DNA from: Anthoceros angustus
Lineage: Eukaryota > Plantae > Anthocerotophyta
Assembly (NCBI GenBank): GCA_010909165.1
Contig: MU008165.1
Coordinates: 744,001-808,000, forward strand
Length of the DNA: 64,000 nt
Direction: 5' to 3'
Shown here: positions 24,700 to 34,964 of the stretch, one piece after another
How the letters are laid out: every line of letters starts with the position of its first letter
How positions within the stretch are numbered: the stretch's first letter is position 1
Notes under the pieces: model-generated
Told to the model about the DNA's origin: nothing
The model's input: the letters and a program-made list of their open reading frames with translations, nothing else
The model's database searches: none
Made by a program: the position numbers and the translations under genes

Positions 24700-27600
24700 C
24701 TCTGCAGGATGATGGTAAAGTTTGATGTCCTTGTGCATAGTGAGGGACATATTTGGTGCCGAAAAGTCCATTCCCAAAGGCACTTTTCATCCAAGGAGGA
24801 TGCCCGTCTTCTGAATTTGCTCGGAAGAAGAAGGGTTGACACCGACCTGCCCTTGGTGGAGGGTCCCTTGTCGAGATTACTAACTATTGTCTGCTTCGAG
24901 AGAGGTTAAGTTTGTTGGTGAGAATGTCCATCGATTACTCGATTCCATGGTCCTTTCGCGGCATGCCTGATCTCGAAATGGGCTGTGGGCTGCTCCGTGC
25001 GAGATAAGTCTCTGAATTCCTTTCACCGTGAGTTTTCCATTCCATGTCGCTCCCCGAACACAGTTATCACGACCGAGTGTATTGATATGTTTGAGAGAAT
25101 GAGGTCTGCTGATCCCGAGGATGATTTTGCTATGGGCATGGAAGAAATTGAAGATGAGGCCCATTTTAGGGACCAAGGGTTTGACCCTCGATTCCAGGGA
25201 GCCTGAATGATGCAATGAGTGGTGGTGAGGACAAGTCCAACGCCAAAATAATTGGTGCCGAGTCGTCTTAAGTCTTTCATGAAAGTGAGTGGTGTGAGGG
25301 GTTGGGATAGTGCAATAGAGGACATTCCTCACAAGGACTTGAACCTTATATTGATACCGTTTTCCACCAAGTTCGAACTTAAAAGACAACTCAAGATTCT
25401 CTCTGAAGCGTAAGTCTTCATCCCTTTCTTATTCCGTTGTGTTTCTTTTCATTTTATGTGCTGATTTCAGATATTGGTGAGTTGATGTCCTTCTTCGAGG
25501 GTTCAATCGCATTTTGATAAGGAAGTGTGTTCGAGCAAAGCCGTCTTGGGTCCGATGTGCCGTGATCAATATGTTTCACGGCGTGTTCAATGGTTGTCGG
25601 TGCACTTGTTGCTTCCATGAAAATCAGAAGACCTTGGTATAGTATCGTGCGAAGGTGGTGGCGATATCGATGATGATGAGGCAATTCTTGCCACGGTGAC
25701 CATCAATGTTCTTTTGGGGCGAAAAAGGTTTGTTCGATTCCTAGCTTCTTGTGTGCATTTTGCACTCTTGTTGTTGCTTCTAACGATTGATGTTTTACGA
25801 ATAGGTGTGCATATTTTGCATGAATCGTTTGAGATGCGTGGCGGGAGGAATTGCACAACTTGTCGAGGACTTCTCATTCTCTTGGATTCGGGCGTTTTAT
25901 GCGATCGTTTGTCCATGTTTTGATTGATGCTTTGTTGTGTGGTAATACTCTCCGTGTATGATACCTTGTTTGTGTTGTAATACCCTCCTTGTGTTGCCTC
26001 GCAGATCGAGGAGCGACATTCAAGAATTACAAAGTTGATATGCGCAACTACGGAGAGCACTTAGGCCAAAAGTGAAAAACTATGAGGTGGATGTTATTCA
26101 AACATTTAAAGCCGTCATTGACCATTGTCCAAAGTGGACTGCAAATGACAAGAATATATCTATCCAAGGGTTTCTTTTCAATTCTCCCATCGATAATCCA
26201 AGATCGAATGTAAGTATCTTTTGATAAGGGTTCTAGGTTTGTGTTCCATTGGACGTGCTAACTTTAATTTTCTCTGTGAGTAGGCTTGGTATGCAAAACT
26301 CCGGGTATCCAAAGGAATGCTCTCAAAATATATGAAGACAATGGCAGAAGCAGCTGGTCTTGATGGGTATTACACGAACAAGAGCTGTCGTGTAACGATG
26401 ATTACGCGGCTGACCATGGCTCAGGTGCCCTCAGATGCTGGCAGAAGCGTCACTGGCCACAAAACTGATGCTGGATTTTCAAGGTAGGATCTATTTGTTG
26501 ATGCCGTCTGTAACTTGTTGATGCCTTCTATTGACATGATGTGTTCTCACAGACTGTGGACTTTGCAGGTATGACCGTTCGGGCAAGCAAAAGCGGTATG
26601 ACGGGGTTCTAGTTCACGTGAAAGAAGATCATACAATGAGTTGCTCAATGAAGAACTCATCGGATGCGGGATGACTTGCGGGTGTGCTTCCGTCGATTGT
26701 TGTCAATGTGACTCGGATATAGTTTTTCCACTGAAGATGTAAGTATTTTCTACCATGAAGGAGTGATTTTTTTGGAGAAGATTATGATTCTACTAAAGGA
26801 TGCTGATGTTAAGAATTTGTTGTGCATAGGCTTGTGCTCAATGTTGCCTACAAGTTCAGAGCGTAAGCATTCCATGAGTCGTTTTGGTTTTACGAAGGTT
26901 TGTTTCTTTTAATCTTTTCTTGATTGGTATTTGATTCTTTTTGTTGCTTTTTGTTGCAGTGTTGCCAATCTACCACCCTGCTATCCACCATGAAAGGGCC
27001 CTTTGTCGACGGTTAGTATCTTCTGTTGTATTTTCGTCCTCCTTGCTGGTTTGCACCCAATATTTCATGCAATGTTTGTTGTTGTTTTGTTCCATTGTGA
27101 AGCTTTGGGTCCAAGTGCGAAGTAGTGTTAAAGATCTTGATTGACAGCAGACCAACTCACAGGTGTATTCAACATCGACATGTTGAAAAGGTTAAGTGTA
27201 AAGGTGGTTTAAGTTTTATCCTTCATTCTCTTATTGTGTTTGTCGATTCTATGTTTCTTTGGCGGTATTAGCCCCACCACTAAAGATCTTTTGACCACTA
27301 GTTTGTGAGCATTTGGTCCTCATTCAACATTGATGGTGCCCGAGTGTGGTGGAGGTGATGCCTCCTCGCTTGGAGGCCTGTGTAAGCATTTTATGAGTCG
27401 TTTTGGTGTCGAAGGTTTGTTTCTTTTCTTCTTTTCGATTGGTATTTGACTTTTTGTTGCTTTTTGTTGCAGTGTTGCCAATTACCACCCTTGCTATCCA
27501 CCATGAAAGCGGGGCCCTTTGTCAAGACTGGACCGGTTAGTATCTTCTGTTGTATTTTGGTTCTCCTTGCTGGTTTGCACCCAATATTTCATACAATGTT

Positions 27601-28545
27601 TGTTGTTGTTTGCGTTCCAGCATTGTGAAGCTGTCAAGTGCGAAGTAGTGTTAAAGATCTTGATTGACAAGCAGACCAACTCGGGTGTATTCAACATCGA
27701 CATGTTGAAAAGGTTTGTAAAGGTGGTTTAAGTTTCATCCTTCATTCTCTTATTGTGTTTGTCGATTCTATGTTTGGCGGTATTAGCCCCACCACTAGTG
27801 TGTGATTTGTGAGCATTTCGGTTCCTCATTTCAACATTGATGGTGCCACGAGTGTGGTGGAGGTGATGCCTCCTCGATTGGCCTGTGCCAAGTCATTGTG
27901 GTGAGACTTGACTGGAAGTGCAGGAAGGATTGTGAGACACCTATAGCTTTGGATATGGTAGAGCGGCATGGGGTTGAGAAGGGTGGTTCAAGCGGGTTTG
28001 AGCGTCTTGAGATTACGAGAAAGGGAGAATGGGGAGAATCGAGAAAGGGAATTTCAACGGCAGATTTAGAATCATTGATTGATTGCAATGCGCAAGGGTC
28101 ATACAACCGAGTTTCCAAGCAGAGAAAGCTTTGGAGATCCAAAGGAGAAAAATGTCGAGGCAAGAGTATTTCAAACAAGAGGAAAAACTCAAGCAAGAAG
28201 GAGCAACAGAAATGCGAAGATTGCGTGGGAAAACGTGACAAACTATTGACAATGTTTACATCCTCAGCCTCCACTTCCATCCATGGAAAACCATATAAAG
28301 TCGTAAGTTGATTTAATTGTTCCCTTGATTTTGATCGCTAATTTTACTTTAGTAGACTAAGACGGTAATGTTTGATTAGGTTCTCAACTTTCGTGAAGAT
28401 GAAGAATTTCTCCAAAGCCCCAGTTCATCAACACGGCAAACTATGATAATGTTGGACAAGTTGCCCGGTTAAACCAAGTGGTCTTGGAAACTATGTCTTC
28501 AATCTCTACAATTATGATCAATTTTCCAAAATAAGGTGGGAATCT
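24700..28545 (+). pseudogene. Crypton-like (DUF3504-type) tyrosine recombinase, copy B, multi-exon, with C-terminal coiled-coil exon
   Basis: 'AIEDIPHKDLNLILIPF' (~25310-25365), frameshifted 'MRGGRELHNL' (~25835), 'AWYAKLRVSKGMLSKYMKTMAEAAGLDGYYTNKSCRVTMITRLTMAQVPSDAGRSVTGHKTDAGFSR' (26284-26483), GT-AG intron 26484-26568, then 'YDRS' with Tyr at 26570-26572. This fits the R...HxxR...H...Y layout of tyrosine recombinases and the Crypton 'WY...AG...TN.S.R.T...L....TGH' pattern. Confidence 0.8.
26865..27890. repeat. ~520-bp tandem duplication in the 3' part of recombinase copy B
   Basis: AAGCATT..ATGAGTCGTTTTGG at 26865 and 27384; CAACATTGATGGTGCC..GAGTGTGGTGGAGGTGATGCCTCCTCG at about 27325 and 27833. 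Confidence 0.88.
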
Positions 28546-28859
28546 TTCTAATGAACTTTTCTTTGCGTCTATTCAATCATCTAATTGGTTACAAGCCTAA
28601 TTTACTTTGTATATGTAGATTTGTAATTTGAATAAGGAGGATCAACTATTCTGGTATTTTCTCTATTTTTTACATTATTTTGAATTCATGCAATTCGGAT
28701 ATGAACTTTGCAAAGATGATATTTCTTTGTTGGTTTTTGTATATCACGGATCCGCATGAATGGTATAATGAAGATGTTTCTTGCCAGATTAGCGATTGTG
28801 TTGGAATTACTAGGCCACCCTGTAGATTACAATCTACCATGGTATTTCAGGCTTCACTT

Positions 28860-29040
28860 GCTATTCACTTGGCTGATCATTCTTTACCCTCTTGTTCTAG
28901 TTTTGATTTGGACGGTAAAATGTTTCCATTCATCAGTCTACGTTTTTTACTCTATATTCATTTGGTTGATCCATTCTTTACCCTCCTATTCTAGTTTTGA
29001 CTTGGATGGTAAAATGTTTCCATCCATCAGTCTATGCTTT
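28860..29040. repeat. ~95-bp tandem duplication
   Basis: CATTCTTTACCCTC..TTCTAGTTTTGA.TTGGA.GGTAAAATGTTTCCAT.CATCAGTCTA occurs twice (about 28879 and 28972). Confidence 0.8.
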
Positions 29041-29140
29041 CTAATCTATTGTTACAATTTTCCACCTTATTGGTAAAAAATTTTTTATCAATGAAAAATT
29101 CTCTCTCTTCGTTTTTACCCTTTTGGCCTGAAAAAAACCA

Positions 29141-30552
29141 TGGGCGTCGAGGCCCCAAGCGAGGCAGCGACTTTACGTTTCAAACACGGTGGTGTCTCCT
29201 TGAAGAAGGCCCGGGGCGGACACTGATTACGGAGGATTTCCGTAAACCGTGTTGCAACAAAGTATGTATTCAACGACTTTCGAGGAAGGTTTCCGGAAGA
29301 GGCAAAGGTTCCTTAGGTTGGGAAGGTGCGGCGAGACATTCCTAGAGACCCTTAAGACGACCATGGTTCGAATGGCAAAGACAAAAGTCTGTACTTTCAC
29401 GAAGGCACGGTTCCAATCAAGTATTGCTAAATCCTTGAAGGTGTATTGCATAGGGTCGGAAAGGTGCGAGAGATGAAGGCTGATACTTGAATTCACCATG
29501 GGATTGTAGCAAGCCAAGCCCCGGGTGAAATCCTCTCATGCATTGGGCGCTATTGCATGGATGGATGCAACATTTTTACGCAATTAGCGAGCGGTGCCTA
29601 ATGTTGAAGTCTACAATCTTCGACACTTTCACCAAACTAGAAGTGTGGACACAATACAAATGTGGCATGGAGCAAAAGGGCTGTATATTTCGTATGCTTA
29701 CTTTACGAGACTATGGGAGGCAGAACTTCAAGCGTGAAGATACCCAAATCAATCGGTTTTCAACATGTTCTCTTTCGCCGGTCTAAGTTCAACATTGGAA
29801 CCTGGATCGGCAGACGGATCAAGGTAAGCTCATCGCTCCACGTTTTTCGGCATGGTATAAAGAGGGTGAAAGGTTAGCGTGGCAATGGTGTAGGCCATCG
29901 ATATCTAACGGTGGGCGTTGTGATAGTGGAGGTTGAACCTTGGTGAGGTACAACCGGTTGACCCTGCGGAGAAGGCGGGCGGTACGACGCCATCGGGTGG
30001 GGAGAGGCGAGGAGGGCGCGCATGCAGCGCCCTCGGGGTCGTGGGAGGGAGAGGAGGAGGCGCCCGTCGCGCCCTCATGGAATTGAGGGTACGTGGGGAG
30101 GCGGCAACATGCGGTGGACCTAAACCCTAAAGGAGCTTGGGAGGCCGGCATGCCACATCCCTAATTGAGGCGGTAGGGGAGGCGGCGGGCAGCCCGCCCT
30201 TACCGATGATTTGCTGGATCGCAGGCCCGCCCGGTGGATCCCTAGGTTGTTGTTAGCATGACCCTTCGAGGGTTGCCATCATGCTATTGCCCCTTTGCCC
30301 CTACGGGTGACGATCGTCTAGACTCCAGCCTGATAGTAGAGTCGACCCCTTCATCCATTGCATCGGAAATGCGGCGTTTGGGGGGAGGCCCGTTGGTTGG
30401 TCCTGGTTATCGCATGACGTTATATTTCATGGATGGACACTGACATGATGTTTGGTTGAAGGGCAGATATATATCGGGACGCGTTGAACAAACATCGCAT
30501 AAAGCTTATGGAGGAGCGGAAGAAGTTGACAAAACATCGAACGAAAGGATAC
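29141..30552 (+). pseudogene. Sola-like (DUF7869-type) DDE/D transposase, 5' part, interrupted by the Gypsy insertion
   Basis: 'CCNKVCIQR', 'YISYAYFTRLW', frameshifted 'VKIPK.NRFSTC', putative intron 29824-30466, then 'IYRDALNKHRIKLMEERKKLTKHRTKGY', which continues in frame into 45803 onward. Confidence 0.6.
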
Positions 30553-31399
30553 TGTGGAACGCCAAATTTTGGGTCCACGGTTAGAAGAGGGGCATATACC
30601 TCTTAGTTTTGTTCATATTAGTTAGGTTTTATTTTTCTTTTTCTTTTTCTCCAACAGACAGCGGAAGACAATGCAAGAAGTTGTGAGTTGAGAAGCGGAC
30701 GATTTGAGTCCCAGGACCGGACGATGTAAAGGAGGAAAACGGATTCAAAATGGGTCAAAGCAGTCGGAGGTCCGAGACGGAGGTCCGGAAAGTTTCTGAG
30801 AGGGAGGTTCGCGGGAACCTGCAGGAAGGAGGGTTGGTGCGGGCCTAGTGGCGGCGCCAGTCACTCCGCCGGGGCAGTCCGACATGGGAGTAAGGTTCTT
30901 ACCTCCAAGACGCGGTGGAGAGGCCTCGTGTTGCGGTCAGCGCGCAAATTCCAGACAGGTGGAGGTTGGAGGTGGCCGAGGCGCAGGCGCGGAGAGGAGG
31001 AAGAGGCGCAAACACTGGGAGGAGCGATGCAAGCATATATAGAGAAAATCATCCTTGGCGCTCGGAGGAGGAAATCAGCGCCTTGGCCTTGAGGGTTTGA
31101 CAGGAAGACGATCGGGGTTAGGGTCATGACGCGCGGCGGGTGACTTTGCATGTCTGCTGATTTTTCTTCCTTGGCTTTGGCAATTGGTGAACAATGGAAA
31201 TTTCTTCCTTGGCCTTCGTGGTTGAGGAATTCTAACGCTTATCAAGGGAAAAGGTCCTTGGCCTTTGGACAGGGAAATTTCGTCCTTGGCCTTTGGGTGT
31301 GGAAAATCCTCCTCACCCTATATATGTGGGGGGAGTGTTTAGCTCATTTGAGTTGGTCGAGGATCAAGGACGAGCGACGGAGGCATCCGGAGGATGCAC

Positions 31400-33776
31400 T
31401 GGAGAACACTTAGAAGAATTTTGAGGAGAAAATCGACCGCATACAGGAAGGATTTTGGAGAAGATCGGCCCAAGTGGAAGATGAAGACGCGCTGGAGGAG
31501 TGCGCAAGGCGCCCAGCAAGAAGGAGGAGCGCACTCAAGGAGAAGAAGAAAGAGAAAGCGGTGAAGGAGAAGCCCGAGAAGGATCCGCCGAGAAGGAGGG
31601 GCCGGATTTTGTAGCCAGTGCAAGTCTCCTCCAGAGACTTATGGGATTTTCGACAGTGGGCTGCTGACGAAAATGTGCAGCTCCAGTGGGTTTACGATAG
31701 GCATTGGGCCTATTCTAATGTGGAATTGGTTGAGTCTTGCTACAGGCAGCTCGAACTGACGGAGGGAGAAACAGAGGACATGACGGAGAGGAACGTGCGG
31801 ATGATCCGGGATGGACCGCCCAAAAGACATTCGAAGGTGTATGGGAGGCCGAAACCGAGAGTGATGGGGTGGCTCTACCGAGAGGAATGAAGATGGAAAG
31901 AGAGCGTGGTGGTGACCTTCCCGAGGAAGCTCTCAAAGATGCTCATCGGAGGGATAGACGCGAAGACGCTGGAATGGCCGGAGATAAGATCCGACCTCAA
32001 GTGGAAGCTTTTACAAGGATAGTTTTGGGCGACTCACCGAACCACCTACTTCAAGGGCATTCTTTCATTTCATGTGGAAGTCAAGCAAGGAGCTCACCGA
32101 CTGGGGACAACCATGTCATGCCTATGAGCATCACCGAGACAATGAGGCCAAACATTGTGGATAATGAGGGGCGAGGCACATTTGAGTACTTACCTTGTGC
32201 GCGGGGCACATGGGTTATCGACGGAAGAAGAGCTGGAGGAATCTTACCACCGTTTGAAGTGGTCCCTCCGAGGGATGCAGGGGTCCCTCTCCCTAAGAAG
32301 GTGAAGAAGGCAGAGGAGGAACCCAAGGTGGAGCAAGGGAGTGCTTCACCTCAGGTGGTGATTCTGGATGATGAGACCACCCCTGGCCCGACGCCAAGGA
32401 AGGAGAAGTGCCCGCCGGTGGACAAGGCACAAGAGGAAGAGGTGGTGCCACCATGTGTGAGGCAACCCCATGGAGCGGTGGTGGTGGATGTAACCCACCC
32501 TGTGAGATGACCGAGTCACGGAGTTCCACCCAACATCGATGGAGTGGAGAGACCGCCACCAAGAGAAAGGCAGAGTCGACCCTGTGAGGGGAATGAGAAG
32601 ACAAAGGCTTTGAAGGATCCGACCATCCGCGCCTAATTGACACTCCATTAGTGAAGCAAGCCTTAAGGTGAAGAAGAGCTGGAGGAGTTGGAGGTGAGAG
32701 TCAGGATGAAGCAAGTACCCCCCGTGGGGAGAAGGATAGCAAGGCTATCAAGGAGATGGCGTTGGCAAAGGGGCGCCTAGTTGACCTGGAGAGGAGGTTG
32801 GGGCTCAGCAAGATTGAAGAACAAAGGCTGAGACAAGAAAGTAGGGAGCGAATGAAGGAAGTGGCTACCCTCAATCAGAAAATTGAGGAGACTGTCCGAT
32901 GTGGGAAGGAGCGGAGCTTTCTCACCCTTGGTGAAGAAGAGAATAGGGACGTGACTCACGGGGAGGCCGGTGCCCAAGCCAAGAATCGAGAACTGGAGGC
33001 CAAGCTCAAGGAGCTGGAGGAGGACAGCCACATGGAGCAAGGAGCGTGAGGAGCTCCTAAAGCAAGCAACGGAGGTCGACCAACGGGAAGGAAGAGGTAG
33101 CCCACCGGAGGAAAATGATGCATCGTGATGGTCCGTCAGAAGCAACGCCCAGCCGATTATGCATGGCGGCAAGGGATACCGGAGGCATGGAAGAGAGATG
33201 CGAGAATGTCACTACAGCCTTCGCTTGAGTGAGGTGACGCTTGAGAGGGATGCGCTATGGTAAGATAGCCTCGGAGAGTGGCCCGAGGAATTTGATGAGA
33301 TTTGCTTGAAGGGCCGTGGAGATGCAGTCCACTTACATGCTAGGGTCAACAAGTTTGCCAAGGAGATGCGTTCCTTGTTGACAAGGAAGTTGTTGGGTCC
33401 CCACGATGACGATGGAGATTTTGAAGAATTGCACCCCGCCCGGAGATTCGGGACTTGGAGAGTGAAATGGATGCAAGGCTCAATGGGAGGAGCCAATGGA
33501 AGAGGAAGAGATTTCAGCAGTAGAGTTGGTGGGGTGTCCGGCAGACAGAGCCGCACCAACACCCAACCGCCTGAGGTAATTGGGGCACAGATGGCTATAG
33601 AGGCCGGCTCTACAAGAGCGCCTGCAAGAGGGGTGGCTCAGTCAACAAGATCGCCGAGACAGTGTGGAGGTTCCCGTCGACGACGAGTGAAGAGATCCGA
33701 CGGGGACACCCCAAGCCAAGAGGAGGAAGATGGTGGTTGGGCCAACACCCAAGAAGAAGTAGGCGATAGTTGGTAG
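31400..33776 (+). pseudogene. Accessory ORF embedded in the 5' LTR (charged/coiled-coil rich, frameshifted)
   Basis: Chain of plus-strand ORFs 31618-31890, 31737-32510 (257 aa), 32756-33049 and 33306-33776, downstream of TATATAT at 31319-31325; duplicated in the 3' LTR. Confidence 0.55.
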
Positions 33777-33906
33777 GGGAGTGAATGGGTCATTAAGACC
33801 CCTAGGGGTTAGTGGGATTGTTAGGAGGTAGGTTAAGAACCTTTTAAGAGGCCACCTACTTAAAACCGTAAGCAACCCCACCTACCCCACCGGACTTAAT
33901 TAATGC

Positions 33907-33953
33907 TAGGGTTTGGGGAGCTCCTATAAGAGGGGAGGAGCTCCCATAATAAA
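33907..33953 (+). promoter_or_regulatory. LTR core promoter and polyA signal: TAGGGTTT, TATAA (33925-33929) between two GGAGCTCC palindromes, AATAAA (33948-33953)
   Basis: Motifs read directly and conserved in the 3' LTR (~44800-44845). Confidence 0.6.
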
Positions 33954-34284
33954 ATGTCATGCCTTGCTCTCGACCAGGTGCTTGTCTTGCTACACAAGCG
34001 CAAGGCGTGCCGACCGTGTGAGGGTGCATGGTGTCCGTAGGGTCTTGAGGTGCGGTGACTGTGGTGAGGCGGGCCCAAACCTTTCTTTCGGAGGTAGCCG
34101 GGTAGTGCTCGAGCGTGAGGAGCGGCATTGTGGTGCGGCATGGCTGATCGGTGGGAAGACCCCTAGCAAAATCCAAAGACGCGGACGCCACTTGCAGCCA
34201 AATGTCTGGCCTAGGTCCGTGAGGGCAATGCCCTATGATCTGAGGCGCTGCCGGGAGGCTGTGAGGGCGCCTGTAGAAGTTAGC

Positions 34285-34512
34285 TAGGAAGAGTGGAAGA
34301 GGTAGATTAGAGAAGAGAGGAGAAGAGAGGAGAAAAGAGAGAAAAGAGAAAAGAAAAGAGAGAGCGAGAGAGCGAGAGAGTGAGAGCGAGAGAGGACGAG
34401 AGAGGAGCTAGAGAGGATAGGGAGCAAGAGAGGAGAAGGGAGGAGCAAGAGAGAAAAGAGAAAAAGACAAAAAGAGAAGAGAGGAGGAAGAAACCTAGAA
34501 AAGAGAGGGAAG
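34285..34512 (+). repeat. GA-rich low-complexity tract in the 5' LTR (copy at about 45168-45385 in the 3' LTR)
   Basis: Nearly pure purine run of GAGA/GAAAA/GAGC units in both LTRs. Confidence 0.9.
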
Positions 34513-34921
34513 GTGAAATTTCAAGGGTCAGGACAAGAGCTTGAGGGGCGGCCCCAAATTTGTCATGAGAAGGGTCTTAGGGAGTGTAGGAACTGGTGGG
34601 AGGATTGCCCATCAGACGGTGATTTGGGGTCCCCGCTGCTGCAGATTGGGCGTGCTCTGACGAGGTCCGCGCCGACGAGTCATCGCGGCGTAGGGTAGTG
34701 TGACTTACCGAGGGTGGGTCACCGCTACCGGTAGGAGGGGCAAGTCACGGGCGCCTGACGGAGCCGGTCGAGAGGTCAGGGAGGGCGCACCCTCCATCCG
34801 GGGAAGGGCTCCCCCACTCCTTCGTGGGAACGAAACCTACTGTACGAACCGACAGTGGGATAAGTGTGGCCGCTACAGGGCTGAGGGTTCCGGGGGTCCC
34901 GGGAACCTCCCACCACATTTT

Positions 34922-34939
34922 TGGCGCCGTTGCCGGGGA
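34922..34939 (+). other. Primer-binding site complementary to the 3' end of plant tRNA-Asp(GUC)
   Basis: TGGCGCCGTTGCCGGGGA, 4 nt after the LTR end; this PBS is known from Athila-type Gypsy elements. Confidence 0.88.
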
Positions 34940-34964
34940 GTGGGTTGTGTTTTTCTTTGTTCGA

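Larger units (their letters stand above)
30553..34917 (+). repeat. Gypsy 5' LTR (~4.36 kb)
   Basis: TG...CA ends; immediately followed by the PBS; collinear with 41148-45797. Confidence 0.93.

Noticed and set aside
34922-34939. tRNA genes at tRNA-complementary sequences (also 49821, 58601, 62031)
   Set aside because: Only 11-18 nt next to LTR ends; these are primer-binding sites, not tRNA genes.
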